This document shows positions 29,967-42,780 of a stretch of 64,000 bases of DNA, one piece after another. Positions within the stretch are counted from its first letter, which is position 1; every line of letters starts with the position of its first letter. The position numbers were made by a program, and so were the translations under genes. The stretch comes from the human T2T-CHM13v2.0 reference genome, Homo sapiens. The stretch lies in the NCBI RefSeq assembly GCF_009914755.1, contig NC_060931.1. The stretch is one strand, 5' to 3'. The notes below the pieces were generated by a model. It made no database searches. It was not told the origin of the DNA and was given only the letters and a program-made list of their open reading frames with translations.

Positions 29967-32771
29967 TGAACCTAGCACTGTGCTAGGTACTGAAGCTACA
30001 ATGATAAATACGACCTGTTCCTTGTCTTTGAGGAATCTGTCCCTGCCCCACTAGGTCAAAAGCAAGAATAGGTGATCTGAGGTAGAATGCATGGTACAAA
30101 ACAAATAACTAGTGCGTGGTTGACCCGGAACACCCCAGCCGCCGCATTGTCACCTGACTTAAGGTGGTCAGTGGAGTGGAGGCGGGAATGGTTAGGTTCG
30201 TTTGTGGAAAAGGGCTTTGGAAGTCCGAGCTAGCTCGCATTAGGAGGGAGGCGACCTCACATGAAGAATACCTACCTCCTACCTCAAGATCCTGCAAATG
30301 TTTGGGGATGGCTGGTGAACCACAGGTATTCCTAAGCCTGGTTCTTATTAGGCAGGGAAAACTAGAAGCCTCGCTTTTCCTCATCCTTGCTGTGGAATGA
30401 AACCAATAAAGTCCATTACTATTTAGACAAGTGAGTGAATGCTGTTTGTTTGAGAAATACTGTTCCTGGGGAGGGTCTGACCAATAGAAGCCTCTGAAGG
30501 GCTTTTTGGGGGTGGAGAGAAAGCCCAGCTAGAGGGTGGTTCTAGTAATATAAGAATCAATGGCAACTCTGTTAATGTCATTAGGTTAAATCTACCTAAT
30601 CAAAATCATAAGGAAAGCCTTACCTTTGCATACATATTTTTGTTGTTGTACAAATAAAATGAGTAGCTCAAAATCTAGCACAATGACTGTCTATACAGGG
30701 CTGAATATCTGTAAAAGAAAAACACCTAAAGAAGTTTGCATTGCCAGATGCTTGGCATCATGTAATCAAAACATTTTGAATGTATTTTAAAATAGTCTTC
30801 CAGATGTGTGACAACTTTGAGCTTAGCTACAGCCGTTATCTACATTTTGGAAGGGGAGTGGAAAACTGAGTTCATTATTTAAATTATACGGGAAAATTGA
30901 ATTCTTATTGCCTTCCTGGCCTGATTGCCTCGGGAAAAGGTAGTTTTATTTTATTTTTTGCCTTTCTACCAATTTCTTCAACACTGTATTTGACCTGACG
31001 AATGTAAACACAGTAGAACTTTCCACAGTACCTTGCATTTGCCATAAGAAAGATGTTATTGCCACCAAGGGGTGACATTTCTTGACTGTGGAAGTAGTCT
31101 AGTTATTTAGAATTCAACTTTTATTTTGTGCTTACTTTCCCTAGTTCTTGATATTAACTATACTTAATATGTACCAATCTGCCCAGTTTCTTTTCATTTT
31201 AGGGCTCATGCTCAAGAACATGGAATTAACTAAGGAAAAAAATAAGTTAAATAAAGTAGAGGGGTTTTTTGCCTTTGGACTAGATTTTCCCATAGAAATT
31301 CACGTTCTTCAGTGAGAGTTATGTGCTATGTTAAACCCACTGTAGGATATTTATCTGTGCTCAAAGTAGGTGCCAAATATTAAATAACCTACTAGAACTA
31401 TAGGAAAAATTGCTCAGGAGAATTTTCACCTTGTGAAATTTGCAGTTATTTCCTCCAAGCCCACACAGAAATATTCTATTTGTACTTAAGTCCATCAATA
31501 AGTAAATCTGTGAATTTTGTCATTGATATGGTATCACTGCCAATTTTAAAAGAAGAGAACAACTCACATAGAAAATTTCGAAGTGGTGGTGTGTGTCAAT
31601 CTAGTTCTCAAGACATATCTTTCTGTCAACATACTTGAGTGTACTGTTCAATTAACTTTCAATTATTCCTAATTAGTCTTTGACACCAGTTATATATATG
31701 ATACATTGGTATAACTGGCATTTGGCAAATATAATAGATTGGCGTGTCTTTCTGAAGCTACGGTTAATTTAAAGATAAGACGGGATCCCTGTAATTGTAC
31801 TGGTAGAAAACTGGTAGAAGTTTTCCCAAGTGACACATACCGATCAGCATAAAATGTTAACTGCTTCAAAACAATTGAAAAACTTAAAAAATGAAAATAT
31901 GTTCCTATGGTCTGCCAAAACTATCCTGAAATTTTATCTGCGTTGGTGGGAGGAGGGTTGGGGACAGTGGCAGGAAGCTTATTGTTACATTTTTTTCATG
32001 CCATGAGAACAAATTTGAAAAAGTTTTGACAGAAGGTATATGGATTGTGATTGATGTGATGGTTGATAGCACCTCTACTGAGAGAGTAGTTCCACTAATG
32101 TAACTTAGGCTTGAAAGATTTATTTTGAAGGAAGAGGGTATATGCACTCATGGGTTGCAAATAACAGCAGAGTTTGGGTTTTTGCTAGTAGGTCTACAGT
32201 ATGCTCTGTGCGTCTCTGCTTCTGTCTGAAGATTACCATCCTTTCTTTTTTGTTGGTTGTTCTGTTTGAAATGGCAATTGGGAAAGGAGTTTAGTAAGAG
32301 ATAGGAAGTAGAAAGGAGTTTTAAATCTCTATTCTGCCTGGAACTTTAGCTGTCTCAATATGGGAGTAAACAATTCAAATTAACCTTTTTAGGAAAATCT
32401 CACAACAGATTATATTCTATCAGGTGAAAGAAAGTGAAATAGAACTAGGGTACATTTTTAAAGCCAAAACATAAACTCAGGTGAACATGAGCTCGAGTGA
32501 GTATGAAGGTTGTTTGTCTGGGAGTGTACAATATATATGTGACCATGACTTTAGCTAGTGATGGGCTGTGGGAATCAGCTGAATTTACATATACTTTGAA
32601 GTGCTTAATTTATCATTTTCTCAAAATATTTACAAGTTTATCAAGTATTTGTTGACCACGCTGATAGAATAATGGCCACCCAAAGACATCTCTATTCTTA
32701 TACCAGGAACCTGTGAATGTTACCTCAAGTGGCAAAAGGGACTTTGCAAATAGGATTAAATTAAGGATCTT

Positions 32772-32950
32772 TTTTTATTATTTTTTTAAATTTTTTCCAT
32801 AGGTTATTAGGGTACAGGTGGTGTTTGCTTACATGAGTAAGTTCCTTAGTGGTGACTTGGGGAAGGGTGGATGGGGGTGAGGGATAAAAGACTACAAATA
32901 GGGTATAGTGTACACTGCTCAGGTGATGGGTACCCTAAAATCTCACAAAT
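32772..32950 (-). mobile_element. ~180-bp L1PB-like 3' end with a 5' inversion
   Basis: Poly(T) plus antisense L1 end at 32772-32855, then sense L1 segment at 32856-32950; TSD aaatt(a/g)aggatctt. Confidence 0.85.
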
Positions 32951-33333
32951 TGAGGATCTTGAAATGGGGAGGTTATCCTGGATTATGTGGGTCGGCCCAG
33001 TGTAATCACAAGGGATCTCATAAGTGAAAGAGAGAGAGAGAGGCAAAGAGGGTCAGACTCAGAGAAGGAGATGGGATGATGGAAGCAGAATCAGAAGGTG
33101 TGATGTGAGAGAGAGACTTGACCAACCCTTGCTGGCTTTGAGGGTGAAAGGTGGCATGATGCAAGAAATGAGGGTGGCCTCTAGAAGTTGGAAAGAAGGC
33201 CAAGAAATTGATTCTCCCCTTTACCCTCCAAAAAGAAACGTAGCACTGTCTACCCCTCGATTTTAGTCCTTCCAACCTCCAGAGCTGTAAGATAATAAAT
33301 TTATGTTGTTTTAAGCCACTAAGTGTGTCATAA

Positions 33334-33628
<295 letters not shown>

Positions 33629-36600
33629 TAATTTGTTACTGCAGCAAGAGCAAATTAATGCTAATGCCTACCAAATCTTAGGAACTGGCTGAGGCACAAA
33701 GAACAACACAGAGAGAAGAGAAGCCCATCTCCTGCCCTTCTGAGGCTTCCAACTCCAAAGGATCCATTTTATTGTACCCATGAAGAAATTAAGCCCAACA
33801 GAATTAACATGATTTTCACATAGAAAATCAGTCTTGAGTACCAGTTCATGGATCTTTCCACTACGTCTGTATCCTATGATTAGGATGAAGGGGAAAAAAT
33901 CACATCCTGTCCCTTCCCCACAACCTTTGTGTGTTACCGTAAGGGCTGCTGTCCTCTGACCAGAGCAGGAAACAAACAGCTTAATGACATTCAAATCATT
34001 TTTTACTTAGGAGGACTCATCTATAGAACAGAGTCATGCTTTTGCATTCTGAAGAGCTGGAACTCCCTACAGCCATTAAAGAAAGGGAAGATGGCCTGTT
34101 CTCTCAGGCAGTGGCCCTTAACTTAATTGAAGAAACTACGTCCTAAAGGAGTTAAGTCCCATGAACAAAGTGACACAGCTATAGAAAGAGAGTCTTTCCA
34201 GAACGTGAGTCTCCTGACTCCCTTTTCGGTTTTTGCCCCTTCTCCCAGCAGACATGTAAGGTTCCAGCTGCTTTTTCGGAATCTGAAATAGGAACCCAGT
34301 GCCTTTCACTAACCTACTTCCCAGCACACCGTGTGGATTACAAAGGGAAATTAACATGTAAAGAAACCCTTTGGAAACTAAAGGAGCCATGTTAGTTCTC
34401 TTGCTATATTATTTGGCTGGTCTCACTGTTGGTGTCATTTTCAAGTGTGGGGCTTGATTTAATAGAGACAGCCAACAACTGTGGATCTAATCAAATGGGG
34501 CTCAAAGCACATAACTTTCTGTGTGGGGAACTATAAGAAATATTTTCAAGTTTTGGAATGTTCTGACAGGAATAGGGCAGAAAATATTCAAAGGAAGCTG
34601 GAAAATCAAGCTACGGATCTTGTTTTTCAGGTCTGTTATAGTCACTTTGTGAAGTACTGCAGACAATTCATTATAATTTATCACACTGATATTCATAGAT
34701 TGGATGAAGCCCAAACACAACTGAGTTAGATGCATATTAAATTACCTCTTACTTAAAAGGAGGGTGGTCTTACCAGGGCAGGATGGAGTTCATTAGCAGT
34801 CTTAGAAGCTTTCCTTAACTCTTCATTATCTGGTTTCATATTATTCCTGGCTCCACAGGATCATTGAACACCTTCCTTTTTTTCAACTCCTGGAGAATTG
34901 CACAAGGCACTTTGTGAATCTCACCAATCAACAATTCCAAAGATAAAAGACACATCATCACAAGTCTATGCACAAAGCAGAAATTACTGGGAAATCTGTT
35001 CCTATTCTTTGTATAAAATCATTTTTTTCTTTTTTAGGGAAAAGAAAAAAATACTGCCCTTGTGCATTTTAATTTAGATTTATATGAAGCAAAATGTTGC
35101 TTTTTATTATGATAATTGACTGACACATACATTGGGTGTACTCTAACATATGTTTAGGAATTTATTATCACATTTATTCTAGCTGACCCATAATATCTCC
35201 CATATAAATTCAATGAAGAACATGGTTCAGAATAGAATCCTACAGACAGATGGTCTTTAATATGCCTCTAGACTCTTTTTCCTGAACTGGAAATTTCAGC
35301 CTCTATGTAAATGCCCCTTAATGTGTACATCCTACGTCTTATGATTGAAAATAGTATTTCCCTTGTGGACTGAGAAAAATCCCTGAAGTGTTGTAAATTT
35401 AATCATTTGATCCCCCCCCAGAATTTTTATTCACATATTTTTCTTTATCTCTTGGTTTGTTATTTTGTCCTTTTAAAAACCAGCTCAAGTTGAACTCTGG
35501 GGAATTTGATTCCCATTTGTCTGTTGAATTTCCAAGTACACATAAATGTTCCGGTAAGAGGGAATTGCCTTCAGCTTAGAAATGAACCCACAAGGACACA
35601 TTTCTGGTATTTTCTATGCTGCAGCCATTCTCAGTCTATGGGTCTCTTGCAAAACTTCAGACTCTTCGGTGGACACGACAATGGTGTAGAAATTGAGGGC
35701 TCAGTGAGATTTGGGATTGGTTAACAATTTAAAACATAAGTTTACCCTTGTCTCTTCCATATATCTTATAGTAAGCACTTAAATCCAGTTTTTCCAAGTT
35801 CTTTTTAGTACTTCAAAGTAGCAGTTTATCAATAGAACCACCAAGGTAGACATAGTCCTAGAGGTCACCTGGTTCATCTTTGTGCCTTAGACATAAGCAC
35901 ATCTAAGTCATTCTAGGCAGATAGAAAAAGACAAATCTTCACTAAGACTGTTTCTACCTTTGGCCTCATTGCTTTGTTGGGCGTAGGTCTTCACTTCTTA
36001 TTGTCTTGCCCAAGGTTTATATTCACCACATAGTTTTAATATGAAGAAAGACCTATTCGTGCCAAATTATTTTATTTTCTTGCTAAACTTAGAATGATCC
36101 AACTGATTCTGTGTACTGTCACAGCTGGCAAAACCACCACAGTTATTCAGAAAAACCATGTGAAGATGCTGTGCTTAGTAGAACACTTTAGGTTTTTTTT
36201 TTTTTTTTTAATGGTCTCTCTATAATTTCTGACCTAAGTGCCTTGGTAATGATCTAATGTGGGCTAGTCCATGACTCTTTGGGTGGATCCTCCAAATGTA
36301 GATTTATTTTACCAGCAAGGGATTGAGTGACATATGGAGACTGGATGTTTTTCTTTCTTTCTCAGCCTCCTCAAACAACAAACCGTGAATCCTACAAATT
36401 CAAAAAGAAATTGTCCAAAGCAGGACACACATATCATGCAATTGTTTTTAGACACTCTTGCCAATACAACAGCTCTGAATCTGGTTAGCTTATTTTTTTG
36501 TATTGTGCTGGTAAAAAATAATACCTGATAACTGAATTCTTCTCTTGGATTCTGTAGCTGATGAACGTTATTGCTTCTTTTATATGGCCCAGGAAGGGAA

Positions 36601-38184
36601 CACAGATTAAGAAGCTGGCTCTTTTTTTACATGCTTGCTCTGTCAAGAAAGAGAAGGAAGTACCATATTTTTGAATGCTATATTTTCCCCCTTTGCAAGG
36701 ACTTAGTACTTTTTCAATAAAAATAAATTTAATTTGTGGCTACACTTCAAGTAAGATGGTTTGATGTCAATGTACAGCAGTCTCAGCTCTGAATTTAGAG
36801 AAGTCGTGTGGCTGACTCCCTTAGTGTCACTTTCATGTGGTTGGGTGAGCCATTCTCAGAAACCCCAAACATTTCTGAAGATCCTAAACTGGAGACATTC
36901 ACAAGTCTTCCCTCCCTTTTTGCTACTAATCCTTCATATTTTAACAAGCACCGAAGTTAATGCTGCCTACACTTTTTCCTGTCAAATTGGAACTCTTTCT
37001 TCTGTCTTGAGTAATCTGTTCTCTCTAGTTCGTACTTTCATAAATCAAAGAGGTGGATGTCAACACACACCATATCCAAATATCAACTTCCTTTCTTTTA
37101 ATTAAGCAGGATTTAGACATTTGATTTAAAGAAAACTGTTGCTTTTTAACATACAAAGGCAACCATATATTCATCTTCATCTCTTCCTGTTATTTTTTAT
37201 CTCTATAAATAAAACAAAGTTTGCCTTCGCCTTGTACCACATCGCTATTCCAGTCTAGGCCTAGCAACTTGGGTTTTATATTTTCTAAAAAAGAGACAAG
37301 AAACTTTAGTGAACTGTTGGCAGTCAGTACTGAAAAAGCCACCTTTGTTCTGAACGTGCTTCAGTGAGCATTATTGTCAGATATTGATATTTTTTAACTT
37401 TTTCCTAAATGCAAGCCATCCTTTTATTTCTAAAATATGACCATTTTGCTGAAGATGATTCTCTCTCTCAATGAGACAACTGTGAAAAAAGTATGCATAT
37501 TATTTCATATCATGTGAGTTCAGAAGAATGTTCCTCAGGTCCTGTGTTTATGTCTGTAAGTAAGAAGTTCCACTTTTTGTTAAAGCACACAATAGTGGCC
37601 CTATTCACTTTTCATAATAATAAATAATAATTCATATAATTATTTTGAGGAATAGACACACTCAATTTCAAAAGAACTTGTTGGATTGTAATGGCATTTT
37701 TCCTTTGGTTATATAGTGACAAGATGAAAACAAAGCATTTTCTCCCAAAGTGGCAGTCAATGCAGAGCTTGTCAGGAGTGATCCAACTGGTTTCCAAGCT
37801 GCTAGCTGTTCATTAGACTCTCTTGAAATGATTAATTGGTCTCAATCAGTTCCCAGCAGGAAGTACCCACCTCATAGTAAATATCACCACAATTGGTACT
37901 AATTAACTCTGTTATCACCTGTCGCAACTGATAGTCTGGGAGCTGAGTGAGGTGAGCGATCTCTACACCAGCAGCAGAAACCCAACTGGAGAGAGGTCAG
38001 AGACTCACTGCCAAGGCCACTGTAACAGGCAGGGAGCCCACAAGCCCTCTCTGCCATCTGGGTATGCATGAGGCTTAGCCTGTGGCTACCAGTCCCACAG
38101 AGGTGAGGAAGTAAGAAATGTAGTGCTCAGGCGGGACCCATGTCTCAAAGAGAAAAGGCACCTGCATTCAACCGATGCAAGTTT

Positions 38185-38380
38185 TCACAGTATATTGGTG
38201 TCAAAGTCAGCCAAGCTGTGGTTCAAATCTGGACTTTGCCACTTACTATTAATTTGATCTTAAGCCAGTGGCTTACTTCTCTGAGCCTGGGTTTCCTAAT
38301 CCAAAAAATATATATAGGCAAAATTACCCACCTAGTAAGACTGATACAGCGATGTGTAGTATATGCTTGACACTCATTTA
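38185..38380 (+). mobile_element. MIR
   Basis: ggttcaaatctggactttgccacttacta...ttacttctctgagcctgggtttcctaatc. Confidence 0.7.
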
Positions 38381-38809
38381 GTAACTGCACAAAAATTTTG
38401 GAATGCTGGCCGCAAGTAAATAGCCATGTAGCCGGGGATGACAGTGATAATGTTCATTAGCATTCCTGACAATAAACAAGAAAACTCCTAGTGTCTACAT
38501 GGAGAGTGATGCTGAAGAGAAGTTGGGACCTAAACCTTCATTTCATTTTTATTTATCATTTTCTAAGAGCCTCATTATTTCTGTGGGGAGGAGAAACAAG
38601 GAGAGATGTAAAAACTAACAAATAACCTTGAAGGAAATTAAGGAATGGTATTCTAGCAGAGGGACATATCATAAGTTTCTCAGTTGGGCTGGTTGTGAAA
38701 ATGACACGATTCCATAAGGGAAATATCCAGACCTACATTGATGCGGAAGGAAACTTATCCCACAATGATACTGGGTCATGCTCCATGAATTAATTGTTTC
38801 AGAACTGTG

Positions 38810-39302
38810 TTTTCCATTTTTCTCCATGATATGAAGCACCTAGATGTGTTTGTTAAATACACAGATCACTAGATGTCTACCTTGGAAATTCTGATTAAGT
38901 ATATCACAGTGAGGACTCAGGAGTTTGTGTTTTTTGTTTCTTCATTTTAATTAACAAGCAAAATTGTATATATCTATGGTATACAACATGATGATTTGTT
39001 TGATATGTATACATTGTGGAAGGGCTAAATCAAGCTATTTAATATACACATCATTCTTTGTAGTGAGAACACATAAAATCTGCTCTCTGCAATTTTTAAA
39101 TATATAATACATTGTTATTAATTGTAGTCACCATGTTGTACAGTAGATCTCTTGAATTTATTCCTTCTATCTAACTGAAATTTTATATCCTTTGACTAAT
39201 ATCTCCCCAGTCCTTCTATTCCAGCCTCTGGTAACCAATGTGGGTTTTTAATGAACTCTCCAAGTGCTTTTTTTTTTTTATTCAGATAAGCTTAGGAACC
39301 AT
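38810..39302. mobile_element. MER5-like hAT DNA element split by an L1 fragment
   Basis: gcacctag...ttgttaaatacacagat...aaattctgattaagta...actcaggagtttgtgtttt [L1] ttttaatgaactctccaagtg...ttaggaaccatt. Confidence 0.55.
38940..39238 (-). mobile_element. L1MA-like 3' end
   Basis: aaattgtatatatctatggtatacaacatgatg...gctaaatcaagcta...gtcaccatgttgtacagtagatctcttgaatttattcct. Confidence 0.85.
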
Positions 39303-39312
39303 TAATTTGAAA

Positions 39313-39466
39313 CAGTACTTTTCACATTTAACGGCAAAATACTAATGCCCCAGTCGCACCCCCAGAAATTCTGACTAAATTGGTATAGGATGTGGCCTGA
39401 GCATTTGAGATTTTTTAAAGCAGCCCAACTGATGCTAAGGTACAGGCGAATTTGGAGTAGTACTGA
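39313..39466. mobile_element. MER5A-like element
   Basis: cagta...tactg ends; cacccccagaaattctgactaaattggt...gtggcctgagcat...ttttaaagcagccc. Confidence 0.65.
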
Positions 39467-39939
39467 TTTAGAAAATAGTCTGAAGGGTACCTGTAAATGA
39501 TGAATAAGTAATAACTAGATGTAAAGTCACATCACAGATCAATAGAGTCCAGCTCTAATTCAAGGTGTGAAAGAACTGTCAAGAATAAGGACTTAAAATA
39601 GTTAAACCACGTAAGAAATGATGTAGTAACATGTGTTACTAGATCATCAGGACAACCTCCATCAACAGGACAGGACCAAGAATTACTACTGAAATTATTG
39701 GAGAAAGATTTGTTGAGCAAGAAGAGTCCTCTGGACCACTTACAGTGTTTAGAGATTTTTCTTCGAATCAGGAGGTAGTAATTTCTAATTCTATATGGGA
39801 ATATATTGTTTATCTGTCTTTAAACTACATTACCTAATTCAAATCTTCCAACAGCCCCAGGGAAAATAGGCAAAGAAAATGCCTGTTCCATAGGTAGGGC
39901 AAGAACTGTCATGCTCCTATTATAAAAAAAAAAATAAGG

Positions 39940-41092
39940 CTTAGATACCTCATATCCATTAGAATGGCTAGTACTAAAAAGAAAGCCAAAAAAAAAAAAG
40001 ACAGAAAATAACAAGTGTTGGTGGGGGACATGGAGAAATTGAAACCCTTATGTATTGTGGGTGGAATGTAAAATGGTGCGGCTGCTTGCATTAGTCTGTT
40101 TTCACACTGTTGATAAAAACATACCCGAGACTGGGAAATTTACTAGAGAAAGAGGTTTAATATGGACTTACAGTTCCACATGGTTGGGGAAGCCTCACAA
40201 TCATAGTGGAAGGCAAGGAGGAGTAAGTCATGTCTTACATGGATGGCAGCAGGCAAAAATAAAAATAAAAAATAAAAATAAAAGCTCGTGCAGGGAAACT
40301 CCCCCTTATAATACCATCAGATCTTGTGAGACCCACCCACCAGCGCAAGAACACCATGGGAAAGACCTGCCCCCATGATCCAGTTACCTCCCACTGGGTC
40401 CCTCCCACAACACGTGGAAACTCAAGATGAGATTTGAGTGGGGACACAGTCAAACCATATCACTGCTATAGAAAACAGTGTGATGGTTTGTCAAAAAATC
40501 AAAAATAGAACTACATTATGATCTTGCATTTCCACTTACAAGTATGTACCCAAAATAATTGAAAGCAGGATCTCAAAGAGTTAGTTGTGCACCCATATTC
40601 TTAGCAGCATTATTCACAATAGCCAGAAAGTGTCCATTGATGAATGAATCGATAAAACCAGATGTGGTTTATGCATGCAATGGAATATTATTCAGCCTTA
40701 AAAAGGAAAGAAATTTTGACACATGCTACAACATAGATAAACCATGGGGACATTATGCTAAGTGAAATAGCCAATCACAAAAGGATAAATATTATATGAT
40801 AATACTTATATGAGGTACCTCAAGTAGTCAAATTTGTAGAGACAGAAAGTAGAATGGTGGTTACCAGAGCCTGGTGAAGAGTGATGAGGGATGGGGGATG
40901 GGGGAGGAATGAGGAGTTAGTGTTTAACGGGTACCAAGTTTCAATTGGAGAAGATCGAAAAGTTCTGGAGATGGATGATGGTGATGGTTGCAAAACAATG
41001 TGAATGTGTTTAATGTCACTGAACCGTACACTTGAAAATGGTTAAGATGATAACAAATTTTATGAGTATTTCACCACAATTTTAAAAATAAA
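39940..41092 (+). mobile_element. L1MB-like ORF2 end and 3' UTR, interrupted by a THE1 LTR
   Basis: ttagaatggct...aataacaagtgttggtggggacatggagaaattgaaaccc...gcagcattattcacaatagcc...cacttgaaaatggttaagatg. Confidence 0.9.
40087..40462 (-). mobile_element. THE1 (THE1A-like) solo LTR
   Basis: TG...CA ends (tgcattagtctgttttcacactg...gggacacagtcaaaccatatca); perfect 5-bp TSD CTGCT at 40082-40086 and 40463-40467. Confidence 0.93.
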
Positions 41093-41389
41093 TAATTTGA
41101 AAATGTGTCCCTCAAATATGCAAACAAACAACTTAAGGCTTAAAGGAGTCACACAGCTAGTAAGGTGTCAGAGCAGAAAGTCAGTTCTTGGGACTCTGGG
41201 TCTGCCAATCCTCCCTTTCTACCTCCCTGCCTCTCAGGAAGTAGAAATTGAAGATGATGCTCAGGAAGAAGGAAAGAGGGAGAAATAGTTGTTTGAGGAA
41301 AGAGTGATCCACGGAGTCCAGACACAGTTGTCTTGAAGATAACAAATAAGGTTGGTAAGTTTCATGAGGTCAGAAACATGTCTGCACAA

Positions 41390-42120
41390 TTTTAACAATT
41401 AAGATATATTTTACATGCCACAAATTTACCCTTTTAAAACATACAATTTTGTGTTTTTTTAGTATATTCACAAAGTTGGACAATTAGCATTGTCTAATTC
41501 CAGAACATTTTTATCATCACATAAAGAAACCCCATATTTAGTAGTCATTCCTCATTCCTTCCAAGCCCAGCCCTAGGCAACCACGACTCAGCTTTCTGAC
41601 TCAATGGATTTGCCTATTCTGGACATTTTATGTAAATGGAATCATACAATAAGTGGCCTTTTATGAGCTGTTTCAGTTAGCGTAATGATTTCAAGGTTCA
41701 TCCATGCTATACCATGCATCAGTACTTTATTCTTTTTATTGCCAAACATTCCATTGTATGGATTTACCACATTTCGTTTATTCATTCCTCAGTTGAGGGA
41801 CATTTGAGTTGTTTCCACTTTTTAACAATTATGAATAATGCCGCTGTGGACATTAGTGCACAAGTTTTTTGTGTAGACATATTTTTTCAATTATCTTGGG
41901 TATATACCTAGGAGTGGAATTGGTGGGACATATGATAATTCTATGTTTAACTTTTTGGGGAACTGCCAGACTGTTCTCCAGAGTGGCTGCACCATTGTAC
42001 ATTCCCACAAGCATTGTAATGAGTGTTCCCATCTCTCCACATCGTCACCAACACTTATTTCCATTTTTAAAAAATTATAGCCAACCTAGTGGATGTTAAA
42101 TGGTATGTCATTGTGGTTTG
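41390..42120 (-). mobile_element. L1MB-like 3' fragment
   Basis: ctattctggacattttatgtaaatggaatcatacaa...gggacatttgagttgtttccac...atacctaggagtggaattg...gaactgccagactgtt...cattgtggttt. Confidence 0.88.
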
Positions 42121-42467
42121 CACACTACCTTTGTATTCTCAGCATAAAAGCCAGGACAAGGCACGTGATAGGGTCTAAATACTGAAAGCCATGAAAATTC
42201 CAAGGAATTCTCAGAAAGGTTATCAGGATGATGGGTTTCTAATCTATGGGAAATCAAATTTTAGAATCAGCTGCTTTTTATTTCTTAGTATAAAGAGTGT
42301 CAAGAAGGAGCAGGTAACTAACTCAAACTTTGCTCCAGGGCACCCCCACATTAATGGGGTGATAACTTTTGATTGATGTTTACTCCTCTTAGAATTTAGA
42401 AGAATAGCCTGTGCACCCCAGGACAGAGACTTAGAGAGAGGAAGGGAGAGTTTTAGAAGAAAAAAGA

Positions 42468-42780
42468 GGCTGGATATGTTGGCTCATACCTGTAATCCCA
42501 GCACTTTGGGAGGTTGAGGCAGGAAGATTGCTTGAGCCCAGGAGTTTGAGACCAGCCATGGCAACATAGCAAGACCCCATCTCTACAAAAAAATTTTAAA
42601 AATTACCTCGGTGTGGTTGCATGTGCCTGTAATCCCAGCTACTCAGGAGGCTGAGACAGGAGGATCACTTGAGCCTGGGAGCTCAAGTGAGCTATGACTT
42701 GAGCTATGACTGTGCCATTGCATTCCAGCCTGGGTGACAGAGCAAGACCTTGTCTCAATAATAATAATAATAATAATATA
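42468..42780 (+). mobile_element. AluJ with (AAT)n tail
   Basis: J-type diagnostics; TSD-like aagaaaaaaga on both sides. Confidence 0.94.

Noticed and set aside
40559-42099. L1 ORF2-like peptide fragments
   Set aside because: Degenerate, truncated old L1; not an active element
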